In this document: one piece after another, positions 1 through 12,202 of the stretch
Position numbering within the stretch: position 1 is the first letter of the stretch
Layout: every line of letters begins with the position of its first letter
DNA from: an uncultured Verrucomicrobiae bacterium
Lineage (GTDB): Bacteria; Verrucomicrobiota; Verrucomicrobiia; Limisphaerales; Palsa-1400
Reading direction: 5' to 3'
Assembly: GCA_963707025.1 (NCBI GenBank)
Contig: CAVPOM010000006.1
Location: 1-64,000 of the forward strand
Length of the DNA: 64,000 bases
The notes under the pieces: model-generated
The model's input: the letters and a program-made list of their open reading frames with translations, nothing else
What the model was told of the DNA's origin: nothing
The model's database searches: none
Made by a program: the position numbers and the translations under genes

Positions 1-18
1 TTCCCTTCACCCGCTCCA
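1..18 (+). tRNA. 3' end of tRNA-Gly (CCC-type), cut by the window edge; either the real gene end or another att-like copy
   Basis: TTCCCTTCACCCGCTCCA is the T-arm 3' strand, acceptor strand and CCA typical of tRNA-Gly(CCC); the 5' part lies outside the window. Confidence 0.55.
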
Positions 19-266
19 ACTTCATGCAATCACCTTTAAACCAACACCTTACGAACCATTCACAAACTTGGAAACGCCTCACTGCTAACGCCCACTGCTA
101 ACATTTCCAACGCAATGCAAGACAGTCTAGGGTGGTCAACCCATGAGGAAAGCGGCACGGTGGCAAGGTGTTTTGCCCGGCCATATGAAACTGATTCGCC
201 GCCCCTAAAACCTCCTTTCAAGTATAACACCCATGACGTGGAAACCTTTACATTGCGAATTAGATA

Positions 267-1106
267 ATGCAAAGTCCCTTCATGAAAGCAAACCGACTGT
301 TCCTCCATCCAGCCGGGAAGTTGATTTCGACCGCCTTCACGCTTATTGAGTTGCTGGTGGTGATCGCCATTATCGCCATCCTGGCGGCCTTGTTGCTGCC
401 GGCGCTGGGAAAGGCAAAACTGGCAGGGAAGAGGATTTCATGCCTCGATAATTTGAGGCAGATGTCGTACTCGCGCCGCATGTACACCGACGACAATTTA
501 GGGAACTTGGTCCTGTCTGTGGCCGACGAGGATAGCATAGATACAACCATCCAAACTGGCGATGCCAAGGTGCTGGTCTGCCCTTCGACCCATGTGCCCC
601 CGACCGCGCTGTCGGAGGATGGGTGGGGCACCGCCGATACCACTTACTTCGGCTTGAATTCTGAGGCGCCGTCCATACCTGGGAGCTACGCCATCAACGG
701 CTGGCTTTCGGTGAACCACACGCCGGTGGATTCGTATCCCCAATTCTTCTTTAAGAAGGAGGCGGACCTTCAGGCCCCGGCCGCGATCCCGCTTTTTCAG
801 GATTCAATCTGGTACTACGTGTTCCCTTTGGAAACAGATCCCACCCTGAATCCTGCAAACCTGCACGACGGCTACTCCGGCCATCGCTCCCCGTGCATCC
901 ATAGCATGGGCCTTTGTTTGATTGACCGGCACAACAACCGTCCCGCCGCCGCTGCGCCGACTGCTTATCCTTATTTCAGAGGCCAGGTGCTTCCCGGTAT
1001 CATCAACATGGCGTTCGCCGACAATCATGCTGAACTCGTGAAGTTGAACAACCTCTGGAGTTACAAATGGCATCGTGGCTGGATCACACCGAGTCCTCAT
1101 CCTTGA
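267..1106 (+). CDS. Prepilin-type N-terminal cleavage/methylation domain protein with H-X9-DG-like C-terminus
   Basis: [26 protein letters not shown]-terminal [17 protein letters not shown]. Confidence 0.9.
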   Translation: MQSPFMKANRLFLHPAGKLISTAFTLIELLVVIAIIAILAALLLPALGKAKLAGKRISCLDNLRQMSYSRRMYTDDNLGNLVLSVADEDSIDTTIQTGDAKVLVCPSTHVPPTALSEDGWGTADTTYFGLNSEAPSIPGSYAINGWLSVNHTPVDSYPQFFFKKEADLQAPAAIPLFQDSIWYYVFPLETDPTLNPANLHDGYSGHRSPCIHSMGLCLIDRHNNRPAAAAPTAYPYFRGQVLPGIINMAFADNHAELVKLNNLWSYKWHRGWITPSPHP

Positions 1107-1336
1107 GAGGGTTATCCATATCAGTATTGTGCCAAGCTCCTATTCCTGGCGGCCGGCTGCGCCAAGACATTCCGTTTAAGCCTCCTCAGGGCATGCCACC
1201 GCCTCCTTGTTGGCGCCGGTTAAAATCATTCACCCGATGAACGACAGGCTCAAAATGCTGAATCCCGCGGAAATCAGGCACTCCCCGTCTGAATCCGTGC
1301 TTTTCAGGCAAGAGTAATCCTTCTTAGCGGAGCATC

Positions 1337-1894
1337 TCATTGCGGCGGAAATCTCGGATAGCTTGTCTGCAATGGGGAATGACCGGGGCGATGACAAACC
1401 AGCGTCTGGACCCATTCGCAAAGCCGTCTTCCGAGGCGGCGGCAAGCTTCGCGGTCTGCTTCATTGCGGGGCTTTCCCGCGCAGATAGCGCCATAATGGA
1501 GTGTTTGGCCCGGCGCAACGTAATCCGGCACCCCAAACACCAGCATCCCAAAATTCATCATCACAATTTGCAATGCCAGACAGGTCAGTTCGCCGCCCCC
1601 AGCCAGTCCGCCGGAAGAGGTGAACGCGCACCCGATCTTTCCGTCTATCTTGGGCCAGAGCGGTTGGGCCGTAACGTCCCACCATTGCTTCATCTCCCAT
1701 GGGATTGTCCCCATATGCGTGGGGGCTCCGGCCGCAACGCCGTCGCACCACATCAAGTCCTCGGCGGTGGCCTCGGCGACCGTCTTGAGCCGCAACTCGG
1801 TCAGGGGAACGCTGCGGGCGCCCTCGGCCACCAACTCCGCCATCCTCTGGGTGTGTCCGTCCCGGCTGAAATATAAGACCAGGATGCGGGCCAT
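1337..1894 (-). CDS. Flavodoxin / WrbA-like NAD(P)H-dependent oxidoreductase
   Basis: ILVLYFSRDGHTQRMAELVAEGA, GAPTHMG, FTSSGGLAGGGE; start placed at MARIL. Confidence 0.85.
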   Translation of the reverse strand: MARILVLYFSRDGHTQRMAELVAEGARSVPLTELRLKTVAEATAEDLMWCDGVAAGAPTHMGTIPWEMKQWWDVTAQPLWPKIDGKIGCAFTSSGGLAGGGELTCLALQIVMMNFGMLVFGVPDYVAPGQTLHYGAICAGKPRNEADREACRRLGRRLCEWVQTLVCHRPGHSPLQTSYPRFPPQ

Positions 1895-2048
1895 GCGTGT
1901 TCCTTCGTTTTCCATGTCTTCAATCCTGCCGTTCCCATCCGATTGCCATATAGTGCCATGACAGTAATCTGTAACATTTGCAGATGTCAATTGCGTTCCA
2001 TAAAAGTTTTACCAGGCAAATGAAAACTTCAGCCGTTCCACTTGCCAT

Positions 2049-2075
2049 GAGGGTTCGATTCCCTTCACCCGCTCC
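2049..2075 (+). repeat. tRNA-Gly 3'-end copy 2 (att-like)
   Basis: GAGGGTTCGATTCCCTTCACCCGCTCC with no tRNA 5' half upstream. Confidence 0.9.
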
Positions 2076-2242
2076 GGTGTTATTGCCACGTCAATCCGAT
2101 GGGTGTCCCGGCTTCAGGCGGCCCCCACGGAAACCGTCCAAAAGCAGGACACGGGCGGGATGCATGGCGACTAATAATACACTTTACTCCAAGCGCGCTT
2201 TGACCATCGTTATATGGCACGGGTAAAGCTTCCGAATAATTT

Positions 2243-3460
2243 ATGACAAATATCAGATTATTCTCCTGCCTTGTTCTTGGAAGCGTCGCAGCGGTTGTCA
2301 CTCAGACGGCCCGGGCGCAGAACTTCATTGTCAACAGCAATTTCGCCACCGGTGATTTCTCCGGCTGGATGGTCGCCGAAACCGGCGGCGGCGGCAGCCC
2401 CGCTGACTACGGGGTAACCGCCGGAAACGATGGCGGCGCCAAGGTCCCCAATACCGGAGACACTTACGGCGCTTATTTTAATCCGAACGGCGGCACCATG
2501 GATCTGGCGCAAACGGTGGTGCTTCCCGCCGCCGGGAGTTACCTGGTGAGTTGCTATGTGCGGCCGGTGATCAATGACGCGGATACCTTGACCATCTACC
2601 TGGGCGGCGTGCCCGTCTTCACCACCAATCTTCAATTCGGGTCGCCTTACACCCAGATCACCGCCTCCGTCTCCGCGCCGGCTGGCTCGCAAGTGATTGA
2701 TTTTCAGTTCACTCCCGGCGGCGGTCCGATGTTTTTTGACGATGCGAGCCTGGTCTCGACCGCCGTGGCTCCGACCCCGTGTTCCGTCCTGGGCAGCGCC
2801 GACGCGGGCGCGGTCATCGGATTGGATGGCACGCGGATGGAAACCGAGTTCTCGCTGATTGATGGCGACGAGTACGTTTGCAAAGGCGGTTCGTTGGAAA
2901 ATCACCTTCGCAGCACCATCCACGGCAGCGTCTTCGAATTTAAAAACCGCCAAACCTCCGGCCGCGGCAGGATCGAAGGAACGGTGACAGTGGATCCGAC
3001 GCTGCTGGACTCGGTCAACGCCGACGCTTTGAACGCCTCCGCGACGCTCGCGGCCCTGACGCCAACACAGGTGTTGGGACGGATCAACCGCCCGACCGTG
3101 GTGACCGGCAACGGCGGTGTGAATATTATTGACATCCATGGAAACATCACCGAGTCACTCATCCTGAGCGGCAGCGCCAGCGATGTTTTTTTCATCAACG
3201 TTTCGGGCACCATTGACCTGCGCGACCGCTCGACTTTGGCGGTGATCAATGGCGTAACGCCGGGCGCCGTTCTTTACAACCTGACCGGCGCTGGCACGGT
3301 CGAGGTTCATGTTCGCAACGGCATTAACGGGACAATTCTGGCTCCCGATTATAACTTCATCCTCGAAGGCGAGTTCAATGGCGCGGTGATCGGCGGCGGA
3401 AGAAACAAGACGATCAATCTGGCCGGAGCGCGGGTCAATCAACCAGACTGCCCTCAATGA
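2243..3460 (+). CDS. Secreted protein: carbohydrate-binding-like domain plus choice-of-anchor-A / ice-binding-like domain
   Basis: Signal peptide ending ARA-Q; NSNFATGDFSGW; C-terminal VLYNLTG...NGTILAP motif. Confidence 0.6.
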   Translation: MTNIRLFSCLVLGSVAAVVTQTARAQNFIVNSNFATGDFSGWMVAETGGGGSPADYGVTAGNDGGAKVPNTGDTYGAYFNPNGGTMDLAQTVVLPAAGSYLVSCYVRPVINDADTLTIYLGGVPVFTTNLQFGSPYTQITASVSAPAGSQVIDFQFTPGGGPMFFDDASLVSTAVAPTPCSVLGSADAGAVIGLDGTRMETEFSLIDGDEYVCKGGSLENHLRSTIHGSVFEFKNRQTSGRGRIEGTVTVDPTLLDSVNADALNASATLAALTPTQVLGRINRPTVVTGNGGVNIIDIHGNITESLILSGSASDVFFINVSGTIDLRDRSTLAVINGVTPGAVLYNLTGAGTVEVHVRNGINGTILAPDYNFILEGEFNGAVIGGGRNKTINLAGARVNQPDCPQ

Positions 3461-3675
3461 TGCCAAGGGGCGGTCCTGGAGAAACGACCCTTTGGTTGTG
3501 GGAGAATCGGCTTTGTTGTGAATCACATTCGATCACACGGGGCGGACGCCCTTTACAAGAAGAACGATTTCGCTTGAAAGCAACAACCACGGTAACAACC
3601 ATCGTCGTGTTGCGGATTGTTCGCCGATGTGTGAACCCTTGATAATCAATGTGTCACATCGGCAGTTGTTGAGAA

Positions 3676-3703
3676 GAGGGTTCGATGACCTTCACCCGCT
3701 CCA
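3676..3703 (+). repeat. tRNA-Gly 3'-end copy 3 (att-like, 2 mismatches)
   Basis: GAGGGTTCGATGACCTTCACCCGCTCCA. Confidence 0.9.
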
Positions 3704-3817
3704 TTGATTATCAAGCACTTACGAATGAGTGCAGTAAAAGGGCAGTAAACGCGGGGGGATTCTCTGTGGGATACCAATCTTGAGTATCTATCCGTTATGC
3801 TGGACTAACACTACGGG

Positions 3818-4743
3818 TTACTTGGCCGGACGCGTCAGCCCTTGCGCTTCCAGCCAGTAGTAGAATTCGTCGATCCAGTGGTCGCTCGATCGCCCCTGTT
3901 TTCGCATGCCCCAGCCATGACCCCCCGAGCTAAATGCATGGAATTCCGGGCGGTATCCGGCCGCCTTTAGTGCATCGTAGAAGCGGACGATGTAACGGCC
4001 GGCAAGGTTGTCGTCTTGCGCCATCGCGATGAAGAAAGGCGGTAAACCTTGCGGTATCGGCGGCACGGATGCGATTGGGGCACCGTAAATCGGAGCCGCG
4101 TAGTTCGGGCGCGCATCGGGTTGTATGGCCGCATAAGCAGTGATCATCCCCCCGGCGGAGAACCCGGTGAAGACGATGCGATCCGCAGAGATGCCCCATT
4201 CGGCGGCGTGCGCGCGCACGACTTTGACGGCCTGGATGCCATCGGCAATGCCGTACTTACCGTCCTCGTCGATCAAAGCGAGGTTTTGAAGTTGAGCCCC
4301 GAAGCGCGCGCCGGCGGACTGATTCAGTTGCGCGGCATCCTGGCCTTCGAGTTGCACCGTCCGATACTTCAAAACGATGGCCACAAAGCCTCGATCCACC
4401 AGCCATTTCGCGACGTCATGACCTTCCGAATCAATTGACAGAGCTACGAAGCCGCCTCCGGGGGCGATAATAACGGCTGTGCCGTTTGCTTCGGGCGCGG
4501 CAGGGCGGTAACGGTCAGCGTCGGCGTGGCCACGTTGACCATGCGGCGGTTATTCCCGGAACCAAGAACGGTCTCCGTCTGTTTCCATTCTTCGGAGCCG
4601 GGGGCAACCCCGGGCCAGAGATTGATAACCGCCGGCGTCGCTGCAGCCGTGTTTTTGCTGGCATCTTGTGCGCTGGCTGAAGTTAAAAGGGCGGCTCCAA
4701 TCACGCAGAGTCCGATAAAAAATGTGCGGTCACTTTTGTTCAT
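3818..4743 (-). CDS. Exported alpha/beta hydrolase (esterase), frameshifted near 4510
   Basis: N-part INLWPGVAPGSE...PTLTV; adding one T gives VYRP...IIAPGGGF; C-part GFSAGG and GGHGWG. Confidence 0.8.
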
Positions 4744-4757
4744 AGACTTTTGCTCCT

Positions 4758-5760
<1,003 letters not shown>

Positions 5761-6783
5761 TTAGATATTGCAAATTTGCCGTTCGATTGCCGGGCCATGC
5801 CGGGACCGCCATTCGCCCGGCGAAGTTCCTTCCCATACTTGAAAGGCGCGAAAGAAAGAGTTGGCGTCTGCAAAGCCCAGTAAGAAGGCGGCTTCGTTCA
5901 ATTCCACTTTGGTTTGTTTCAGATAATGACGGGCAAGTTCGCGGCGCGTATCTTCAACGAGCTGCTGAAAAGATACGCCTCCGTCCGTAAGCCGACGCTG
6001 AAGGGTGCGGAGGCCAAGGCCAAGTTCTTGAGCGACATCTTGCAGCGTGGGACGTTTGCCGGCCAATGATCTCCGGAGTGCGTCCTTCACCTGTTCGCCG
6101 ACATTCTGCCTAGTATTCCGGGCTTCAAGTTCGGAGTCCAACTGCGTTCCGATCACCGTTAGCAATTCCTCGTTATGAGTGATGAACGAACGGTGAAGGT
6201 CAGCATTCCGAAACACCAGCGCATTGCGGCCGGCCTTGAAATGCAACCGGCAACCGAAATGCTTTTCAAGCAATTCGCGATGTTTGTTGGGCCGGGTCAG
6301 CTCCAACCGCAGCGGCGTGATCCAGCCATCAGTGCCGCGCTGACCGACGGCGAGAATCCATGACAGGACCATATCAACGAGCACATCGGGTTGGGGTTCG
6401 GCAGCTTCGACGTAGAAGAATTCCACCGCAGCTTCCTCAGCTTTTTCATGCACGCGAATTTCTTCCGGGCACGTCAGTTTTTTATATCGGCCGAGTCGTT
6501 CCAGGGCGTCGGCAAATGTGCGGCTGCACATTACAGCAATGCCAGCGGGGTGAGTGCGTTCGAATCGAGTTTCTGCCCCCAACCTCAGGCCGATTGCTGG
6601 ATCTGAAGCCATTTCGCCAACGGCCCTCCAAAGGGCGAACAGTTCAGCCGTCGTGACGTAAACTTTCTCCTGTTGAAAAAGTCCCGGAGGCAATCCTGCC
6701 CTTCGCAATAGCGTCGGCACCGATATTTTCTGCTCGGCGAACCGCTGTGCCCAAGTGCAGGAGATTCGTAATTGATCGCTCAT
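5761..6783 (-). CDS. AraC-family transcriptional regulator
   Basis: RTLQRRL...AFLLGFADANSFFRAFQVWEGTSPGEWR helix-turn-helix. Confidence 0.9.
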   Translation of the reverse strand: MSDQLRISCTWAQRFAEQKISVPTLLRRAGLPPGLFQQEKVYVTTAELFALWRAVGEMASDPAIGLRLGAETRFERTHPAGIAVMCSRTFADALERLGRYKKLTCPEEIRVHEKAEEAAVEFFYVEAAEPQPDVLVDMVLSWILAVGQRGTDGWITPLRLELTRPNKHRELLEKHFGCRLHFKAGRNALVFRNADLHRSFITHNEELLTVIGTQLDSELEARNTRQNVGEQVKDALRRSLAGKRPTLQDVAQELGLGLRTLQRRLTDGGVSFQQLVEDTRRELARHYLKQTKVELNEAAFLLGFADANSFFRAFQVWEGTSPGEWRSRHGPAIERQICNI

Positions 6784-6804
6784 AGGTTTATGGGCTGAGG
6801 TTTT

Positions 6805-8115
6805 TTACTTCGCCTTGACGTCGTAACAAAAAAGAGTGTCCTGATCCCGAATGTAGAGCTTGCCGTTCGCAATCACCGGATGCGCCCAGGCCGGTTTGTC
6901 CGTACGGTTGGGCTGATCGAACCGTCCGCGCTCCAGGAATTCCTTATGGCTGGGTTCAATCAGAACAATTGGTCCCTCCTCGGTGCGGTAGTAGATTCGG
7001 CCATCCGCGAACGCGACTGAGCCTTTGGTCACGCGGCGCTTGTCCGAATCCCGTTGGTTCCACAGAACCTCGCCCGTCTTGAAATCGAGGCAGACCAGAT
7101 AGCCACCTTCGTTGCCGCCGTTTGCGCCAAATAATGCGCCGTCGTGGAGGATCATGCCGCCGTGGTGATTCTGCATTTGTTTGGAGAGATAGACTTCCTC
7201 GGCATTGACACCGCCATTCGCATCCTTGCTCAGTTTCACCAACCCACCGCCCGCGCCGTAGGCCGAAGCAGCGAACACCTGACCATCTTGGTAGAGCGGT
7301 GTGGAACAGTTAATACCGAAGCTGTTGGCGACCCGCCGGTATTCCCAAAGCAATTTGCCGTCGGACGCGGCGACTCCAATCAGTGCCTTCTCCGTGAGTT
7401 GCACGTACTGACGCTGTCCATCGAAGTCAATTGCGATGATCGAGGCATAGGCAGCTTTGGGATTGCCGGGCACTGCGCTTTTCCAGATCGGCTTGCCGGT
7501 CAACTTGTCGAGAGCCACGATGGTCGCATCTTGCCCGCCAGGCGTGCAGATGATCTTGTCACCGTCCACCAGCGGGGACTCGCGGTAACTCCATGTCGGC
7601 ACGCTCCCGCCAAAATCGTCCTTCAGGCTGCGTTGCCAAACGATTTTGCCGTCTTGCGCCTGCAAACAGGCCAGGCCACCGGCCGTGCCCAGGACATAGA
7701 GCCGTTCTCCATCAACCGTTGGCGTGCAACTGGGCCCCTCCTTTCCCTGCGGCATTTGCTGTCGGGAAGGCGGGCCAAGGCGCGTCACCCACAATTCTTT
7801 GCCATCCTTCTCGGACACCACCCAGACGACTTCATCCCCGTCGCGATTGCCCATGCCGAAGATCCGGCTGGCGGCAACGGAGGGGGCGCAGTCGCCACCC
7901 CCGAGGCCTGTGATCTTCCAAGTAAGCAGCGGGCCATCCTTCGGCCATTCTTGGAGAAGGCCGGTCTCCTTGGATTGGGCCGTTCGGTCCGGCCCTTGCC
8001 ATTGAGGCCAATCAAACTGTCCGCATAAAGCGTTCTGCGCGAAAGTGGCAAGAGCAAGGGCGAGAGTGATGGTTCGATTCATGCGGGTAAACGCTTGCAT
8101 TCTGATTGCTGTCAT
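6805..8115 (-). CDS. PQQ-binding-like beta-propeller protein
   Basis: [35 protein letters not shown]. Confidence 0.9.
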   Translation of the reverse strand: MTAIRMQAFTRMNRTITLALALATFAQNALCGQFDWPQWQGPDRTAQSKETGLLQEWPKDGPLLTWKITGLGGGDCAPSVAASRIFGMGNRDGDEVVWVVSEKDGKELWVTRLGPPSRQQMPQGKEGPSCTPTVDGERLYVLGTAGGLACLQAQDGKIVWQRSLKDDFGGSVPTWSYRESPLVDGDKIICTPGGQDATIVALDKLTGKPIWKSAVPGNPKAAYASIIAIDFDGQRQYVQLTEKALIGVAASDGKLLWEYRRVANSFGINCSTPLYQDGQVFAASAYGAGGGLVKLSKDANGGVNAEEVYLSKQMQNHHGGMILHDGALFGANGGNEGGYLVCLDFKTGEVLWNQRDSDKRRVTKGSVAFADGRIYYRTEEGPIVLIEPSHKEFLERGRFDQPNRTDKPAWAHPVIANGKLYIRDQDTLFCYDVKAK

Positions 8116-8273
8116 GTTTTTAGAATAACCGAAACCAAAACTCTGTCACTCGCAAAACACGTCAATCTACTTGCCAAACACGCCAAACAAAAGCCGGTCG
8201 TCATTGCTTGCAAAAAATCCCGTTGATGAACGCTCAAGCAGACCGCGATGCGACGGCCGCATTGGTAATAATC

Positions 8274-8303
8274 ACGAGGGTTCGATCCCCTTCACCCGCT
8301 GCA
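8274..8303 (+). repeat. tRNA-Gly 3'-end copy 4 (att-like, degenerate)
   Basis: ACGAGGGTTCGATCCCCTTCACCCGCTGCA. Confidence 0.88.
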
Positions 8304-8391
8304 ACTGTTCCCGCGCAACAGCAAAGGCTCGCCTTGTCCAGAAAACTTGCCGCCGGCCAGACCCATGCTAGACTGACACCATCATCAGGCT

Positions 8392-8784
8392 ATGAAATGG
8401 AGCGACGAAAACCTGGATGTTTTGCAAAATCTGGAATTCAGCGTGGCGCAGATTTGGCGCGCCCATCCCGAAATGACCGATTATGCCGCCCTGCGCGCCT
8501 ACGAGGCCGCCTTCAAGCTTTACCGGGATCAATGGCGCGGTCACACCCCCAAGCCGCCCACGCTGACCGGGCTGGACGCCGCCGTCTTCGAAGCCGTGAG
8601 CGCGATGTGCGAAATCCGCCTCGGCCGCAGGGCCTGGCCCGGCGAGGAACGGGCTGGCATTCCCCCTGTCCCTCTGGAAAAGCTGGTCGGTTGCCTGCGG
8701 GAACTGGCCAAGTCCGTCGAGCGTCACACCCAGATGGGCGGGCGGCAGGGTTACCTGACTTTTATTGACAAGTTCCTGCCCTGA
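8392..8784 (+). CDS. Hypothetical protein
   Basis: 130-aa ORF with host-like codon usage. Confidence 0.7.
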   Translation: MKWSDENLDVLQNLEFSVAQIWRAHPEMTDYAALRAYEAAFKLYRDQWRGHTPKPPTLTGLDAAVFEAVSAMCEIRLGRRAWPGEERAGIPPVPLEKLVGCLRELAKSVERHTQMGGRQGYLTFIDKFLP

Positions 8785-8943
8785 TCGGGGACGCCCGCCA
8801 GTTTTTTGGCTGGCGGTTTCCGCCTCTTAATCTTAATCCTAATCTTAATCTTTTCCTCCCAAGGATCCGCCTTTTCCACCACGCCGGTTTGCGCTGGCAA
8901 AAATTACGAGGAGGAGTAGGCTTGGGATAACGATGAGGGGGTG

Positions 8944-9141
8944 GCCAAAAAATTTCAAAGGATTTTCCACTCCCGCTCGTCTGATGGGTTAGGAGAAGGA
9001 ATATGAGCCAGCCGGTCATAATATGATATGAGAACCTCGGCCGCATCAGCCTGGGCTGACGGGGGCCTTGCCCTGGACCCCGGCGCCCCGCCGCGCCAAA
9101 AATTTCAAAGGATTTTCCCGTCCCGCTGGTCTGATTGGTTA
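8944..9141 (+). promoter_or_regulatory. Two direct copies (period 150 bp) of a 47-48 bp putative ECF promoter
   Basis: GCCAAAAA(A)TTTCAAAGGATTTTCC..TCCCGCT.GTCTGAT.GGTTA at 8944-8991 and 9095-9141. Confidence 0.55.
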
Positions 9142-9714
9142 AAAGAAAGCCGCCTGGGGGACGCGGACGACGAGGCTTTGATCGCGCGAACCCGGCAGGG
9201 CGATCCGGCGGCTTTTGAGGCGCTTATCCGCCAGCATCAACGCATGATTTACTCGCTGACCTATCGCATGACCGGCTCCGCCGCGGACGCGGAGGACCTG
9301 ACGCAGGAAACGTTCCTCCGCGCCTGGCGGCAAATCGGTTCCTACCGGGCCGCCGCCAAATTCTCCACCTGGCTTTATCGCATTGCCATCAACGCTTGTT
9401 TGACTTGGCGCCAGCGGGAAACCCTCCGTCTGCAGGTCCAGGCCGGCTGGGCCGAGACCAACGGCGCGCCCCAGTTGGCCGGCGAAGCCACCCTGGCCCG
9501 CAACGAAACGGGCCGGATCGTCCATGCCGCCCTGCTCAAGCTGCCGGCCAAACAGCGCGCCGCCATCATGCTCACCCTCTACGATGGCCTCAGCCACGCC
9601 GAGGCGGCGGAAATCCTGGGTTGCTCGGAAACCACCGTTTCCTGGCGGGTCTTCGCCGCCCGGAGAAAACTGCAACGCTGGCTCGCCGCCGCGGGAGAAG
9701 GAGCCGCGCCATGA
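9028..9714 (+). CDS. ECF RNA polymerase sigma factor (true start probably near 9154)
   Basis: DAEDLTQETFLRAW, FSTWLYRIAIN, LSHAEAAEILGCSETTV. Confidence 0.92.
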   Translation: MRTSAASAWADGGLALDPGAPPRQKFQRIFPSRWSDWLKESRLGDADDEALIARTRQGDPAAFEALIRQHQRMIYSLTYRMTGSAADAEDLTQETFLRAWRQIGSYRAAAKFSTWLYRIAINACLTWRQRETLRLQVQAGWAETNGAPQLAGEATLARNETGRIVHAALLKLPAKQRAAIMLTLYDGLSHAEAAEILGCSETTVSWRVFAARRKLQRWLAAAGEGAAP

Positions 9715-10064
9715 AAGAGTTCGATTTGGAGTCAAAAATAAAATCCGTGCGCGTGCCCGAACGCGGCGAAGATTTCTGGCAGACGCTGCCTCCTCGCGTC
9801 CTGGCCCGGGCCCAGTCCGCGCCCAAACCCCGCGCCTTGCCTTTTCATCATTCACTTTTCGCTATTCTTAATTCAAAATTCGCCCTGGCCTGCCTGGTCG
9901 CCGGCATTTGCCTCTGGCAAAGCCGCATGCCGCAGGCCATTTCCCACCGCTTGCTGCAAGATGAGCGCCAGATGCGCCAGGCCCTGGCGCATTTGCCGGA
10001 GCGCCTCGACACCCTCATGCAAGACGAACACGGCCTGCACAGCCTGGTTCAGGACCCGCCATGA
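9711..10064 (+). CDS. Small membrane protein, putative anti-sigma factor
   Basis: ATGA overlap with the sigma gene; VRVPERGEDFW followed by one hydrophobic segment. Confidence 0.6.
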   Translation: MKEFDLESKIKSVRVPERGEDFWQTLPPRVLARAQSAPKPRALPFHHSLFAILNSKFALACLVAGICLWQSRMPQAISHRLLQDERQMRQALAHLPERLDTLMQDEHGLHSLVQDPP

Positions 10065-11182
10065 AAGCCTTCCAGCCAGCCATCGTTGCCGGCAAGGAGG
10101 CAATTCCAGGCGCGGAAAATGCGGAAGCTTCCGCGCCGAAAATCGTCGAGCAACTGGTCCACCAGGCCGAGCGCGCTGCCGCCAGCGACATTCATTTGCA
10201 AATGGACCAGAGCGGCGCGGCGGTTTCCTTCCGCCTGGACGGCCTGATGACTCCGGCGACCCAACTTCCCCCCGACCTCGCCGAGCGGGTCTTCGGGCGC
10301 ATCAAATTTCTCGCCCGCTTGAAAACCTATCAGGAATCCATGCCCCAGGATGGTCGTATTGACAAACACGACCTCAATGGGCAGTGCGACATCCGCGTGG
10401 CGACCTATCCGACGGTGACGGGAGAAAAAATCGTCCTGCGCCTTTTTAATCCCCTCGCCGCTAAGGGCATTGCCGAACTGGATTTTCCCGGCGAAGCCGC
10501 CGCGGAATTGCAACATTTCCTCCGCCAGCCTTCCGGCATGCTCCTTCTCACCGGGCCGGCCGGCAGCGGCAAGACCACCACCATCTACGCCTGCCTGCGC
10601 GCCCTGGCCGAACCGGGCGGACGCCATATCATCACCATCGAAGACCCGGTGGAACAAATCGTCCCCGGCGTCATGCAGACCGAAGTCAACGAAGCGCGCG
10701 GGCTGGATTTCGCCAAGGCGGCGCGCCATTTGCTGCGCCAGGACCCGCAGGCCTTTGTCATCGGCGAAATCCGCGACGAAGAAACCGCCAATATCGCCGT
10801 GCGCGCCGCCCTCACCGGCCATTTGGTCATCTCCACTTTGCACGCCGGTTCCTGCCAGGGCGTGCTGGAAAGATTGCTGGTTTTGTGCGCCGACCGCTCC
10901 GCCATTGCCGCGGCGGTGGATCTGGTTTTGAACCAGCGCCTCATGCGCCGCCTGTGCCGCGAGTGCCAGGGGAAAGGCTGCGCGGCCTGTTTGCAAACCG
11001 GCTATCAAGGCCGCGTCCCGCTGGTGGAATGGCTGCAAATCAACGACGCCTTGCGCGCCCAAATCCGCGCCCATCAATTGCAGCCGGTCGCCCCGCAGCG
11101 CGCCCTGGAGGAATCCGCGCGGCTGCTCTTGGAAAAAGGCATCACCAATCCTCCCGAACTCCAGCGAATTTTTGGCTTATGA
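10061..11182 (+). CDS. GspE/PilB/ComGA-type ATPase lacking the N-terminal domain
   Basis: ASDIHL, PQDGRI, GPAGSGKTTT, TIEDPVE, LRQDP, GHLVISTLH, CxxC pair; only 373 aa. Confidence 0.92.
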   Translation: MKAFQPAIVAGKEAIPGAENAEASAPKIVEQLVHQAERAAASDIHLQMDQSGAAVSFRLDGLMTPATQLPPDLAERVFGRIKFLARLKTYQESMPQDGRIDKHDLNGQCDIRVATYPTVTGEKIVLRLFNPLAAKGIAELDFPGEAAAELQHFLRQPSGMLLLTGPAGSGKTTTIYACLRALAEPGGRHIITIEDPVEQIVPGVMQTEVNEARGLDFAKAARHLLRQDPQAFVIGEIRDEETANIAVRAALTGHLVISTLHAGSCQGVLERLLVLCADRSAIAAAVDLVLNQRLMRRLCRECQGKGCAACLQTGYQGRVPLVEWLQINDALRAQIRAHQLQPVAPQRALEESARLLLEKGITNPPELQRIFGL

Positions 11183-12178
11183 AAAACGACGAATTTTCAT
11201 TCTTCAACCAGCAACTCGCCGCCATGGTGCGCGACGGCATCCCGCTGGAAAGCGCCCTGCGCCGCCTCTGCGCCGGGCATGCGCCAGGGCCAACTGCGCT
11301 CCGAACTGGAAAAGCTCGAGGCCGATCTGGCCAAAGGCAGGCCCTTGCGCGAGGCGGCCGCCGCCCGGAAGTTGCCGGAACTCTACCGTCAAATGCTCGA
11401 AGTCGGCGCGCAAAGCAACAATCTCCCCGCCGTCCTCACCATGCTGGCCGACCATTACCAGCGCCGCCACGTCGTCTGGACCCGGCTCAAAGGGTTGATG
11501 GTCTATCCGGTGATTGTTTTCATCGGCGCGTTTCTGCTGTCGTGCTTGTCGGCCTTTCTTTTGACCAACGTCCTTGACTCCGTCATTATGCCGGGGTTTA
11601 GCGGGGTTTTCGGCGTTAATGATTTCTTAAACCCTTCAGCCGTCATTTGGCTTTCGCCGCTGCTTTTGGGCGTGGCCGCGCTGGTTTTGTTCGGTGCCGT
11701 CACCGTCCCCGGCGTGCGGCGCGCCTGGCGCTGGCGCCTTCCGGCCTTCAAGGAAGCCAGCCTGGCGCAGGCGGCCTCGGCCCTGGCGCTGATGCTGAAA
11801 AGCGGAGTGCCGCTGGACAAGGCGCTGGGCCTTCTGGAAAAAATGGAACACGGCACTCCCGCCGCCACGGAATTCGCCCGGTGGCGGCAACGCCTCGCCT
11901 CCGGCCTGGGCAGATTTTCCGAGATGGCGGCCCTGAGCCGGCTCTTCCCGCCGCTTTTTGTTTGGACCGTTTCGCAATGCGGCGAGGATTTGGCCGCCGG
12001 CTTTCAGAGCGCCGCCGAAACCTATCAGTCCCGCGCCAATTACCGCGCCGAATTGCTTCTGTATTCGGCCCTGCCCTGTTCGGTGCTCGCCCTGGGCATG
12101 TTGATTATCATTCAAATACAGCCCGCGCTCGCCATCTTTACCCAGTTCATGAACTCCATCGGTGGGATTGAGAATTGA
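11179..12178 (+). CDS. GspF/PilC-like platform protein 1, frameshifted near 11275
   Basis: FNQQLAAMVRDGIPL then MRQGQLR...MVYP in the next frame. Confidence 0.8.
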
Positions 12179-12202
12179 GAGAAACACCCAATAATTCCAA
12201 AT

